The notes beneath the pieces are model-generated. The model saw nothing but the letters and a program-made list of their open reading frames with translations, was not told the DNA's origin and searched no databases. From the IMG/VR virus record IMGVR_UViG_3300045988_144682: a DNA stretch of 64,000 nucleotides, one strand, 5' to 3'. The DNA is from a virus. Below, piece after piece: positions 53,890 through 63,010 of this stretch (positions within the stretch are counted from its first letter, which is position 1; each line of letters begins with the position of its first letter). The position numbers and the translations under genes were made by a program.

Positions 53890-56800
53890 ATGGACAATTA
53901 TGTAGTATATCATCTCCATAGTGATCTCTCAAATGGAGTAACCAATGTAGATAGCGTTACAAAGTTTGGTGAATACATAGAGGCAGCAAAAAAAATGGGA
54001 ATGAAAGCTATGGCTTTTAGCGAACACGGCAATATCTTTGAGTGGTTTCACAAAAAAGAAGCCATTGAAAATGCCGGAATGAAATATATTCATGCGGTGG
54101 AAGCCTATATAACAGAAGACAATAACTCTGACCACAAACGAACAGTATATAGTGCCATTGATTTGTTCACTTCGAGTACGGCTAAGAAAGATGTGAGAAT
54201 ATCTTTTGAAAATTATTACAAAAGAGAAGATGGCATGTATTTGGCAAAATGCATAGATGATGATAAGACATATCCGATAGATCCAGAAAGTATCAGAGAA
54301 GAAAAAGTTGTAAAGACGAGGGACAACTATCACTGTGTTTTAATCGCAAAAAATCATGCTGGTGTTAGAGAAATCAATAGATTGACTTCACAATCATTTT
54401 GCAGAACAGACAGTCATTTTTATTACATGCCGAGAATATATCTTGACGATCTATTGAATACCTCTGATAACGTGATAGTTACGTCTGCTTGTCTTGGTGG
54501 TATCTTATCGAAAGGTACAGATGAAGTAAAAGAGAGATTTTTGGATTTCTGTATAAAAAATAAGCATAGGTGCTACTTGGAAATTCAGCACCATAATGTT
54601 GAAGACCAAAAAAACTATAATAAAGAATTATATGCATTAAGCAGGGAGTACGGTATTCCGTTAATTGCTGGAACAGACACACATGCATTGAATGATACAC
54701 ATATGGAAGGTAGAAAGATTCTACAGCTCAGTAAGGGTGTTCATTTTGCAGAAGAAGACGCATGGGATTTAACATTTAAGTCTTTTGAAACGTTGTGTGA
54801 AGCATATAAGAGGCAAGATTCATTGCCGGAAGAAGTGTGGATGGAAGCCATTATGAATACAAACAGAATGGCAGATTGTGTTGAAACATTTGAGTTGGAT
54901 AGGAATACAAAATATCCGAAGATATACGATCATCCACTCCAAACTTATAAACAAAAAATCAATCAGGCATATAAGGTACATCCATATGTCCGTAAGAGGT
55001 ATAAGTCGGAAGAAATCAATCCAATCATAAGAGATGAGGTTGATGTATACGAAAAAACTAAATCCATTGACTTTATGTTGCTGCAGACCTATTTGAGAGA
55101 ATGGGAAACAAAACATGATATCTTTTGTGGATATGGTCGTGGATCTGTATCTGGAAGCGAAGTTGCATACATACTTGGAATCACTCAAATGGACAGTAAA
55201 AAATTCGGATTGAACTTCTTCCGTTTTATGAATCCAAGCCGTGTTACAAATGCTGATATTGATACAGATTATTCTTCCAGAGATAGAGATATTATTAAGC
55301 AATTCATTCTGAGGGATCACATGGATCTTCCGAACATTCGAGCGAGTGAGATTATCACGTTCAACACGATTGCATTAAAAGGCGCAATTAAAGATGTGGG
55401 ACGAGCATTGAGAATGTCCATCGTAGAAACGTCTGCGATATCAGAAGCAGTGTATTTGGAAGATGGCAAATGGATTATTGATGATGTATTTCGTGAACGA
55501 TATCCAGACTTATTCAAATATGTAGATATCGTAAGTGGAACAATCGTTTCTATCGGATCACATCCGTCTGGCGTTTTGGTAAGTGATTTAAACATTGATG
55601 AAGAAGTCGGAATGTGTAGTTTGTCAACATCTGACTATCCAGTGTCCGTATTAAATATGAAGGAACTGGATGCACTTATGTATGTCAAGTTGGATATTCT
55701 TGGACTTGATAATATTGGTGTAATCAATGAAACATGTAAACTTGCCGGAATTGAACGAATGACACCAGATAATGTTGATTTGGATGATGAAGATGTGTGG
55801 AGAGATATTAGGGAAGATACGACCTTGATATTCCAGTGGGAGTCAGCTTCAGCCCAAGCATATCTTAAAAGATTCATGTCGGACGAAACTATTGCAATTG
55901 CGAAAAGTAATAACAAAGACTTTTCCTATATTAAATGGTTTTCATTTGGAAATGGTCTGCTTAGACCAGGGTGTGCAAGTTTCCGTGATGACGTTGCGGA
56001 AGGTCATGTGTTGGTTACTGGATTCAAAGAGTTGGATGATTTCTTATCAACAACTTCCGGGCGAATCACCATGCAGGAAGATATCATGAAATTCTTGGTA
56101 AACTTCTGTGGCTATTCGGATGCAGAGTCAGATACAGTCCGGCGAGGAATTGCAAAGAAATATGGAACTGAAAAATTCATTGATGAAATACATGACAGAT
56201 TTATAAGCTATTCCAATGAAACATACGGTGCGCCAAAAGAACAGCTTGAAGAAATTTTCCCACCAATTAAACAGGGTATTCTTGATGCAACACGATACGC
56301 TTTCTCATGGAATCATTCAGACGCTTATTCATGTGTTGGATATATATGCGGATATTTGCGGTATTATTACCCATTGGAATTCTTGACAGCAGCGTTGAAT
56401 ACATTCGAGGGTAAAGAAGAAAAGACACTAAATATCACCAATTATACTAAGAAAAAAGGTATAAAGGTCGAAGGTGTTAAATTCCGGCATTCCACAAGTG
56501 AGTATACATTTAATAAGGAAGAAAATGTGATTTATAAGGGAATTGCTTCTATAAAATATCTTAACTCAAAAGTAGCAGATGCTTTTCAGTCTATAAAAGA
56601 TATGAAATTTCAGGACTTTATTCATTTGTTGGCTGTTGTAAAAGAAAAATCGTTGCCGGTCAATTCAAAGCAGATGAAAATTCTGATACAACTAAACTTC
56701 TTTGAAGAATTTGGAGAAGTAAAATATCTGTTGAAACAGTATGATTACTTTGATTTGCTATACGGTAAAAAACAGATGAAAAAGGATAAAGCTAATTCGC

Positions 56801-57252
56801 TTGGTATTCCGTATGAAATTATCAAACGTAATTCCGAAAAGGAAAGTGAAAAAACATTTACGAAAGTAAATATGATGGGTGTTTTACATGATTATATAAA
56901 TGTAATGCCATATGATAGGACAACATTCGTTGATCGTGTGGGATATCAGCTTGAGAACTTAGGATATATCGACATCGTGGATAATCAGTATAAAGGATAT
57001 GTAGTCGTTCTGGAAACTGAAACTAAGTATACTCCAAAAGTCAAGGTATATGCATTGGCAAATGGAAACACGCTGACAGTTAAAGTTGCCAAAAAGGACT
57101 TTAACAGAAATCCGCTGCAAAAAGGTGACATTGTACATATCACCAACCAAAAGAAAAAAGCAAGGATGAAAATGTCGGCAGAAGGAAAGTTTGTGCCAGT
57201 TGAAGGTGAATTTGATTGGTGGGCTACAAAATATGAAATGGTAGGTAAGTAA
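53890..57252 (+). CDS. dnaE: DNA polymerase III alpha subunit (DnaE-type)
   Basis: 1120 aa. PHP start HLHSDLSNG, SEHGN, GTDTH. Palm and fingers region GRGS..GS.VAY.LGIT and DID.D. Confidence 0.88.
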   Translation: MDNYVVYHLHSDLSNGVTNVDSVTKFGEYIEAAKKMGMKAMAFSEHGNIFEWFHKKEAIENAGMKYIHAVEAYITEDNNSDHKRTVYSAIDLFTSSTAKKDVRISFENYYKREDGMYLAKCIDDDKTYPIDPESIREEKVVKTRDNYHCVLIAKNHAGVREINRLTSQSFCRTDSHFYYMPRIYLDDLLNTSDNVIVTSACLGGILSKGTDEVKERFLDFCIKNKHRCYLEIQHHNVEDQKNYNKELYALSREYGIPLIAGTDTHALNDTHMEGRKILQLSKGVHFAEEDAWDLTFKSFETLCEAYKRQDSLPEEVWMEAIMNTNRMADCVETFELDRNTKYPKIYDHPLQTYKQKINQAYKVHPYVRKRYKSEEINPIIRDEVDVYEKTKSIDFMLLQTYLREWETKHDIFCGYGRGSVSGSEVAYILGITQMDSKKFGLNFFRFMNPSRVTNADIDTDYSSRDRDIIKQFILRDHMDLPNIRASEIITFNTIALKGAIKDVGRALRMSIVETSAISEAVYLEDGKWIIDDVFRERYPDLFKYVDIVSGTIVSIGSHPSGVLVSDLNIDEEVGMCSLSTSDYPVSVLNMKELDALMYVKLDILGLDNIGVINETCKLAGIERMTPDNVDLDDEDVWRDIREDTTLIFQWESASAQAYLKRFMSDETIAIAKSNNKDFSYIKWFSFGNGLLRPGCASFRDDVAEGHVLVTGFKELDDFLSTTSGRITMQEDIMKFLVNFCGYSDAESDTVRRGIAKKYGTEKFIDEIHDRFISYSNETYGAPKEQLEEIFPPIKQGILDATRYAFSWNHSDAYSCVGYICGYLRYYYPLEFLTAALNTFEGKEEKTLNITNYTKKKGIKVEGVKFRHSTSEYTFNKEENVIYKGIASIKYLNSKVADAFQSIKDMKFQDFIHLLAVVKEKSLPVNSKQMKILIQLNFFEEFGEVKYLLKQYDYFDLLYGKKQMKKDKANSLGIPYEIIKRNSEKESEKTFTKVNMMGVLHDYINVMPYDRTTFVDRVGYQLENLGYIDIVDNQYKGYVVVLETETKYTPKVKVYALANGNTLTVKVAKKDFNRNPLQKGDIVHITNQKKKARMKMSAEGKFVPVEGEFDWWATKYEMVGK

Positions 57253-57254
57253 AA

Positions 57255-57791
57255 ATGATGTTAGGAAAGTATAAGTATACTGAAGCCGAAGAAAAAGAGC
57301 TTCTATCATCAATTGTCATTCTGGTTGATACGAAAGAAAAGGTCAACAACCATATCACTGATTACTTCGATGCTCACGGTATTCCGTACAAGAAGAAAGC
57401 ATTGCAGAATGGCGATTACAGTTTTTACGTTCCAAAAAATGAGAAGTTATCAATTATGAGAGATACCTATTTCAATGATGAAATATTCATTGAGAGAAAG
57501 GCGAATCTTGAAGAGTTGTCTGCAAATCTCTCAGCCGAAAGAGCTAGATTTGAAAAAGAAATGGCAACGGCAAAAGCGAAGAAGAAGTATTTGCTTATTG
57601 AAAATGCAGGATATGAAGATGTGGTAAATGGAAATTATGACACTCAGTACAATAAGAAAAGTTATCTTGGAAGTATTCATAGTTTTAACCACAAATATGA
57701 TCTTCAGATCGTTTTCATGAAGGAACGTGCATACACTCCAATTTATATTTATGGGGTTATGCAGTATTATTTGAGAGGTCAAATTAGATAG
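57255..57791 (+). CDS. ERCC4-type (XPF/Mus81-like) nuclease
   Basis: 178 aa. GDYSF .... ERKANLEELSANL signature. Confidence 0.65.
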   Translation: MMLGKYKYTEAEEKELLSSIVILVDTKEKVNNHITDYFDAHGIPYKKKALQNGDYSFYVPKNEKLSIMRDTYFNDEIFIERKANLEELSANLSAERARFEKEMATAKAKKKYLLIENAGYEDVVNGNYDTQYNKKSYLGSIHSFNHKYDLQIVFMKERAYTPIYIYGVMQYYLRGQIR

Positions 57792-57848
57792 TACAAAAAC
57801 AAACAATAATAAAGTGGGTGCGTAAAGTGCCCACTTATAGGAGGAAAA

Positions 57849-59831
57849 ATGTCAAGACAAGATGATTTAAAAGAGATACGAGAACTAACCATTAAATTAA
57901 ATCAATGGTGTTATGAGTATTATGCACTCTCAAAACCGTCTGTTTCTAATGATGTGTTCGATCAAAATTTTGACCGGCTCAAATATTTAGAAGATAAAAC
58001 AGGGTTCTTTTTCTCTGGTAGTCCAGTAAGAACCGTTGGATTCAGAGTAAGTTCGGAACTTCCTAAAATTAAACACAGTTCTCCATTGTTGAGTCTGGAT
58101 AAGACGAAAGATAGAAAGGTTGCAATGGATTTTACTAAAAATCGGGAAGCACTTCTTATGTATAAACTGGATGGATTAACAATTTGCCTGGAATATGAAG
58201 ATGGTAAATTGGTAAGAGCAGCAACAAGAGGAAACGGCGAAGAAGGAAGCATTATTACCGATAATGCAAAAACGTTTGTAAATGTGCCACTTCAAATAGA
58301 ATATGAAGGGTACTTAAAAGTTACCGGCGAAGGAATCATTCATAGAGATGATTTTGAAGCCATAAATGCTCAGATTCCTAATGCGGATGACAGATATAAG
58401 ACACCACGAAATTTGGCAAGTGGATCAGTGCAACAACTTGATTCAGGTGTTTGTGCAAAGAGAAAAGTATATTTTTATGCGTTCAATGTTCTTGAAGGAT
58501 TAGAAGAGATCAATTCTCTGAATGGTAGATTGACACGGATTAAAGAGTTTGGTTTCGATGTGTGCAAATACAGAATGTTCAACCCAAAAGATATTGAATT
58601 TGAAACATTTGACTTTATGATGGATAGCATGGTAATGGAAGCTCAAAAAGAGAACATACCCATTGATGGTCTTGTTGTTATGTATGACGATATTGAGTAT
58701 GGAAAGAAACAGGGCAGAACAGGACACCATTATAGAAATGGTATCGCATTCAAATTTAAGGAAGAAGAGGAAGAGAGTGTAATCCATAGCATTGATTGGC
58801 AAGTTGGAAGAACGGGAAAGATTACGCCGGTTGCAGTTTTCGATACAGTTATTCTTGATGGTACAGACGTTAGTAGAGCATCATTACACAATCTCAGTAT
58901 CATTAAAGAACTTGGAATTAAAAATGGTGCAAAAGTAACTATTGTCAAGAAGAATGAAATCATACCGCAAATAATAAAAGCCACTGGTGGAACAGAAGAT
59001 TTTGAAGTGCCAAAAGTATGCCCTATTTGTGGAGGTACTACAACTCAGTGTTCAGATGGTGGAAGCGTATCATTATATTGCAGAAATATTGATTGTGCAG
59101 CACAAAATATTAGAAAGATTGCTTATTTTGCATCAAAAGAATGTATGAACATAGATGGTCTTTCTGAAAAAACGGTAGAGAAATTCATTGATGCCGGGAT
59201 TATCAAGAATATTTTAGATATCTACAAACTGGAAAACCACCATGATGAAATCGTTGGTTTTGAAGGTATGGGAGAAAAATCATTTGCAAAATTACTTTCT
59301 GCCATTGAGAAGAGTAAAAATGTGAAATTGGAAAATTTCATTGCCGGACTTGGAATACAGAATATCGCATTAAGCAAAGCAAAGATTATTAGCAGACGGT
59401 TTGACGGTGACTGGGATTTATTTGAAAATGCGTTGAAATCAAGATTTGATTTTACAGAATTGGAGTCATTTGGAACAGAAGTAAATAAGTGTATCTATGA
59501 GTTTTTCGATAATGTATTTTTAAAGAACGATATGTATTCCGAGTTGGTATCGTATATGCATTTTGTAAAAGAAGAGAAAAATTCCGATGTCTTTGCCGGA
59601 AATATCTTTGTAATTACTGGTAGCCTTAATATCTTCTCAAACAGAAAAGAGCTACAAGAAAAGATCGAATCACTTGGAGGAAAGGTAGCTGGTGGAGTTT
59701 CAAAGAAAACAACGTATTTAATCAATAATGATATTGAAAGTTCTTCGAGTAAGAATCGTGATGCTAAAAAGAATAATGTGCCGATTATTACAGAAGAAGA
59801 ATTTTTAAATATGATAAACAGACAAAAATAA
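57849..59831 (+). CDS. ligA: NAD+-dependent DNA ligase
   Basis: 660 aa. Adenylation YKLDGL, TRGNG..G, Zn finger CPICGG...C....C, HhH region, and a C-terminal BRCT (FVITGSL). Confidence 0.93.
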   Translation: MSRQDDLKEIRELTIKLNQWCYEYYALSKPSVSNDVFDQNFDRLKYLEDKTGFFFSGSPVRTVGFRVSSELPKIKHSSPLLSLDKTKDRKVAMDFTKNREALLMYKLDGLTICLEYEDGKLVRAATRGNGEEGSIITDNAKTFVNVPLQIEYEGYLKVTGEGIIHRDDFEAINAQIPNADDRYKTPRNLASGSVQQLDSGVCAKRKVYFYAFNVLEGLEEINSLNGRLTRIKEFGFDVCKYRMFNPKDIEFETFDFMMDSMVMEAQKENIPIDGLVVMYDDIEYGKKQGRTGHHYRNGIAFKFKEEEEESVIHSIDWQVGRTGKITPVAVFDTVILDGTDVSRASLHNLSIIKELGIKNGAKVTIVKKNEIIPQIIKATGGTEDFEVPKVCPICGGTTTQCSDGGSVSLYCRNIDCAAQNIRKIAYFASKECMNIDGLSEKTVEKFIDAGIIKNILDIYKLENHHDEIVGFEGMGEKSFAKLLSAIEKSKNVKLENFIAGLGIQNIALSKAKIISRRFDGDWDLFENALKSRFDFTELESFGTEVNKCIYEFFDNVFLKNDMYSELVSYMHFVKEEKNSDVFAGNIFVITGSLNIFSNRKELQEKIESLGGKVAGGVSKKTTYLINNDIESSSSKNRDAKKNNVPIITEEEFLNMINRQK

Positions 59832-59843
59832 AGGAGAAACAAT

Positions 59844-60263
59844 ATGAAGATTGCAGAGTTAGAAATCAACATTATGGCAGTACCACAGGGATATTACTTA
59901 GCACAAGGAATTTCCAGAGATCTCAATTTTAAGGTTGGTCTTCCGGCAGTATTTGAGAAGACATACAATCTGAAAGAAAAGTTGACTGATAAGTACGATG
60001 AGATTGAGTGTGGAGAAACATATCTTATTGATAATGTTTATTCTCTGGTTGTAAAAGATAGCAGCTATGACAGCCCGGATAGAGATCTTCTTATGGAAGC
60101 ACTGGTTAATCTGAGAGATCAGATGGAAGAAAACAAGGTTACAAAACTTGCCATTCCACGACTTTGTTGTGGTAGAGGTGGTCTTGACTGGGACGATGTG
60201 AAAGCAATGATTGGATTTGTTTTCGGAGATGCGGATATTCAGATTCTTGTTTGTGTGCAATAG
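59844..60263 (+). CDS. macrodomain protein, TARG1/OARD1-like
   Basis: 139 aa. Aligns by eye to human TARG1: ..LAQGISRDLNFKVGLPAVF.., YSLVVKDSSYDSP, L..AL..L.......VTKLAIPRLCCGRGGLDWDDVKAMI..VF. Confidence 0.7.
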   Translation: MKIAELEINIMAVPQGYYLAQGISRDLNFKVGLPAVFEKTYNLKEKLTDKYDEIECGETYLIDNVYSLVVKDSSYDSPDRDLLMEALVNLRDQMEENKVTKLAIPRLCCGRGGLDWDDVKAMIGFVFGDADIQILVCVQ

Positions 60264-60272
60264 GAGGTAACT

Positions 60273-60575
60273 ATGGAAGAGAAATCACCAGTTTACCTTG
60301 TTATGGTAACAACAAACAATAATAATAAATATTATCGCATGATTCCACATGGTGATACTTTCGAGGCTGAATATGGTCGTGTTGGTGCAAGTTGCCAGCA
60401 CGCCTCCTATTCAATGTCACAGTGGAATAAGAAGTACAATGAGAAAATTAAAAAAGGATATGTGGATCAGACACATCTTGTACAGGATTTGATTCAGAAA
60501 GAAAAACCAAAAGGAAAAGACGGTTATAAAGAAATTGAAAATAAAGTAATTGCAGAAATCGTTCAAAGACTTTAA
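60273..60575 (+). CDS. WGR-domain protein
   Basis: 100 aa. KYYRM......FEAEYGRVGA......Y....W...Y.EKIKKGY. Ends with TAA, in frame with the next ORF. Confidence 0.78.
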   Translation: MEEKSPVYLVMVTTNNNNKYYRMIPHGDTFEAEYGRVGASCQHASYSMSQWNKKYNEKIKKGYVDQTHLVQDLIQKEKPKGKDGYKEIENKVIAEIVQRL

Positions 60576-60578
60576 GAT

Positions 60579-61487
60579 ATGGCTCATCAGAAAATCCAGG
60601 CGAACTATAAGGTTTCATCTCAGCAAGTAACGCAAGCTATGGTGGACGAAGCACAGAAGGTAATTGATAAGCTCATGCAGCGAGAAGAAGTAGAGGACTT
60701 CAATAATACTTTGCTAGAGTTGTTTAGTGTAATTCCACGAAAAATGGGAAATGTCAATGATTATCTTTCCAGAAGCAAAGAAGATTTCGCACGCATTCTC
60801 AAAGATGAACAGGATCTACTTGATGTAATGAGAGGTCAGGTTGTTACACATACAGTACAGGATGAGCCAGACACCGATGATGTGGAAGAGAAGCAAGAAA
60901 CCATTATTGAAGCAATGGGGCTTGAATTTGAGGAAGTAACAGAAGACGATGTGCGAATGATTAAGAGTCTGCTTGGAGATTGTCGAGATAAATTCTATAG
61001 AGCATGGCGTGTCAAGAATATTAAGACACAAAAACGATTTGATGAGTTTGTCAACAAAGAACATATTTCAAAAACTAAGCTGTTATGGCATGGAAGTAGA
61101 AATGAGAACTGGTGGTCAATCATCAATACTGGTCTTGTTTTACGTCCGACAAATGCGGTTATTACAGGGAAGATGTTTGGATTTGGTATTTACTATGCCC
61201 CAAAAGCAAGAAAATCGTTAGGTTATACATCTTTGAGCGGATCATACTGGGCGAGAGGAAATTCAAATTCGGCATTTATGGCACTTATGGATGTGGCATA
61301 TGGAAAGCCATATGATGTACATTCTTTTGATAGTAAATATTATGATTTCAATTATGAACGATTACAGAAGACATGCCCAGGTGCGAATTGCTTACATGCT
61401 CATGCTGGTAGTATGTTGAGAAATGATGAAATTATCGTATATAAAGAAGACCAGTGTACAATCAAATATTTAGTTGAACTGAGATAA
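60579..61487 (+). CDS. PARP-family ADP-ribosyltransferase (helical regulatory + catalytic domain, H-Y-E intact)
   Basis: 302 aa. LLWHGSRNENWWSIINTGL, GKMFGFGIYYAP, NDEIIVY...IKYLVEL (compare PARP1 LLWHGSR / GKGIYFA / YNEYIVY). No SD. The ATG lies 3 nt after the WGR stop, in the same frame. Confidence 0.88.
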   Translation: MAHQKIQANYKVSSQQVTQAMVDEAQKVIDKLMQREEVEDFNNTLLELFSVIPRKMGNVNDYLSRSKEDFARILKDEQDLLDVMRGQVVTHTVQDEPDTDDVEEKQETIIEAMGLEFEEVTEDDVRMIKSLLGDCRDKFYRAWRVKNIKTQKRFDEFVNKEHISKTKLLWHGSRNENWWSIINTGLVLRPTNAVITGKMFGFGIYYAPKARKSLGYTSLSGSYWARGNSNSAFMALMDVAYGKPYDVHSFDSKYYDFNYERLQKTCPGANCLHAHAGSMLRNDEIIVYKEDQCTIKYLVELR

Positions 61488-61499
61488 GGAGAGATGATT

Positions 61500-61646
61500 A
61501 TGGTAGTAAAAAATTGTAGAGAATGCGAACACACAAATAACTGTAGATCATATTATAGTGGACTCGGCTGTAAAAAGCGTGATGAAATTCTCAAACATAT
61601 TGCAGAGTTAGAAGCTGAAAAGAAAGAAGGTAAAGCAAATGATTAA
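61500..61646 (+). CDS. 48-aa Cys-rich peptide
   Basis: AAGGAGAG RBS. MVVKNCRECEHTNNCRSYYSGLGCKKR... Below the track cutoff. Confidence 0.4.
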   Translation: MVVKNCRECEHTNNCRSYYSGLGCKKRDEILKHIAELEAEKKEGKAND

Positions 61647-61758
61647 AATAGGATTGGCTTTAATTGGTGTAGCGGTAGTTGTAGGTTTGTATTCTTGTGT
61701 TGTGGCTGGTAAAAATACAGACAATGCGATGCATGATTACTTTGAAAAATATAAATAA
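61639..61758 (+). CDS. 39-aa membrane peptide
   Basis: MIKIGLALIGVAVVVGLYSCVVAG... Overlaps the upstream stop. Confidence 0.4.
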   Translation: MIKIGLALIGVAVVVGLYSCVVAGKNTDNAMHDYFEKYK

Positions 61759-61799
61759 AATATGTTTTTTATTTTGTTGAGAAATATCCCCACTTTTAG

Positions 61800-61828
61800 T
61801 TGATATATTGCCGTTATTTTGGTATAAT
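61800..61828 (+). promoter_or_regulatory. sigA-type promoter with about 140-nt leader
   Basis: TTGATA at 61800-61805, 17-nt spacer, TGgTATAAT at 61820-61828. Confidence 0.6.
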
Positions 61829-61971
61829 TCACCATTTTCAATAGTATTCTCTGCCATAATACAATCTATTCCTCCACTATTTAAACGCATTTGCATGAAC
61901 TTATCTTAGAACCACCGATATTTAGCTGATTTGCGGTATAAGATAAAAAACATATTCACACAGAAAGTAGT

Positions 61972-62892
61972 TTGAAATTACTTCAAGCACTTCCTTTGGA
62001 TTTGAAGATTGCGAAGACTCAGAATAGAATCAGAGAGTGGTATAATTATTATGGTGGAGAAGTATATGTAAGTTTTTCTGGTGGAAAAGACAGTACAGTA
62101 TTATTGGATATTGTAAGAGGATTATACCCAGATATAGATGCGGTATATGTAGACACTGGACTTGAATATCCAGAATTGAGAGATTTTGTGAAAACGATTG
62201 ATAATGTCACATGGTTAAAACCAAAAAAGAATTTCAAGAGTGTTATTCAAGAATATGGATATCCAATCGTCAGTAAAGAAGTGGCAAATAAGGTTCATGG
62301 TGCGAAACCTGGAAATACAAGGTGGCAGCAACTTCATGGTACATACATTGATAATAATACCGGCAAGTTATCTACGCATTATAATTATAAGAAATGGGAG
62401 TATTTGCTTGATGCTGACTTTAAGATATCAGATCAGTGTTGTGCAATTATGAAAAAACGCCCATCTCTACAGTATGAGAAACAAACTGGTAAAAAACCAA
62501 TCTTGGGACTCATGGCAGCAGAAAGCCAAAAGAGAAAAACAGATTATATGAAAACTGGTTGCAATGCTTTTGATAAAGAGCGTCCACAGAGTCAACCTAT
62601 GGGATTTTGGACTGAACAAGACGTTTTACAATATCTGTATGAAAAGAAAATTCCGTATGCATCAGTCTATGGAGATATAGTATTGGAAGATGGAAAATAT
62701 CGCACGACTGGATGTAACAGAACCGGCTGTATTTTTTGTGGCTTTGGCTGCCACCTCGAAAAAGAACCAAACAGATTCCAAATGTTAAAGCAAACACACC
62801 CGAAATTATGGGAATATTGTATGAAACCGATTGAATCTGGTGGATTGGGAATGAGAAACGTAATGGAATATATCAATGTTCCTATAGAATAA
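61972..62892 (+). CDS. PAPS-reductase-family (PP-loop ATPase) protein
   Basis: 306 aa. TTG start in the track. VSFSGGKDSTVLLD PP-loop. C-terminal CNRTGCIFCGFGC cluster. Confidence 0.78.
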   Translation: MKLLQALPLDLKIAKTQNRIREWYNYYGGEVYVSFSGGKDSTVLLDIVRGLYPDIDAVYVDTGLEYPELRDFVKTIDNVTWLKPKKNFKSVIQEYGYPIVSKEVANKVHGAKPGNTRWQQLHGTYIDNNTGKLSTHYNYKKWEYLLDADFKISDQCCAIMKKRPSLQYEKQTGKKPILGLMAAESQKRKTDYMKTGCNAFDKERPQSQPMGFWTEQDVLQYLYEKKIPYASVYGDIVLEDGKYRTTGCNRTGCIFCGFGCHLEKEPNRFQMLKQTHPKLWEYCMKPIESGGLGMRNVMEYINVPIE

Positions 62893-62909
62893 ACAAGCAA
62901 AAATAAATG

Positions 62910-62937
62910 TTGACATTTACAAGAATGATGATATAAT
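62910..62937 (+). promoter_or_regulatory. sigA-type promoter
   Basis: TTGACA at 62910-62915, 16-nt spacer, TGaTATAAT at 62929-62937. Confidence 0.6.
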
Positions 62938-63010
62938 GTAAGGGAAAAGTGAATAGAGTCTATTTTTCTTTTATATTATAATCAAACAATAATAAAGGAA
63001 ACAACCAATA

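Noticed and set aside
61660-61896. 78-aa minus-strand ORF in the leader before the PAPS-reductase gene
   Set aside because: It has no RBS, overlaps a + strand small membrane ORF and a near-consensus + strand promoter, and the composition looks non-coding.
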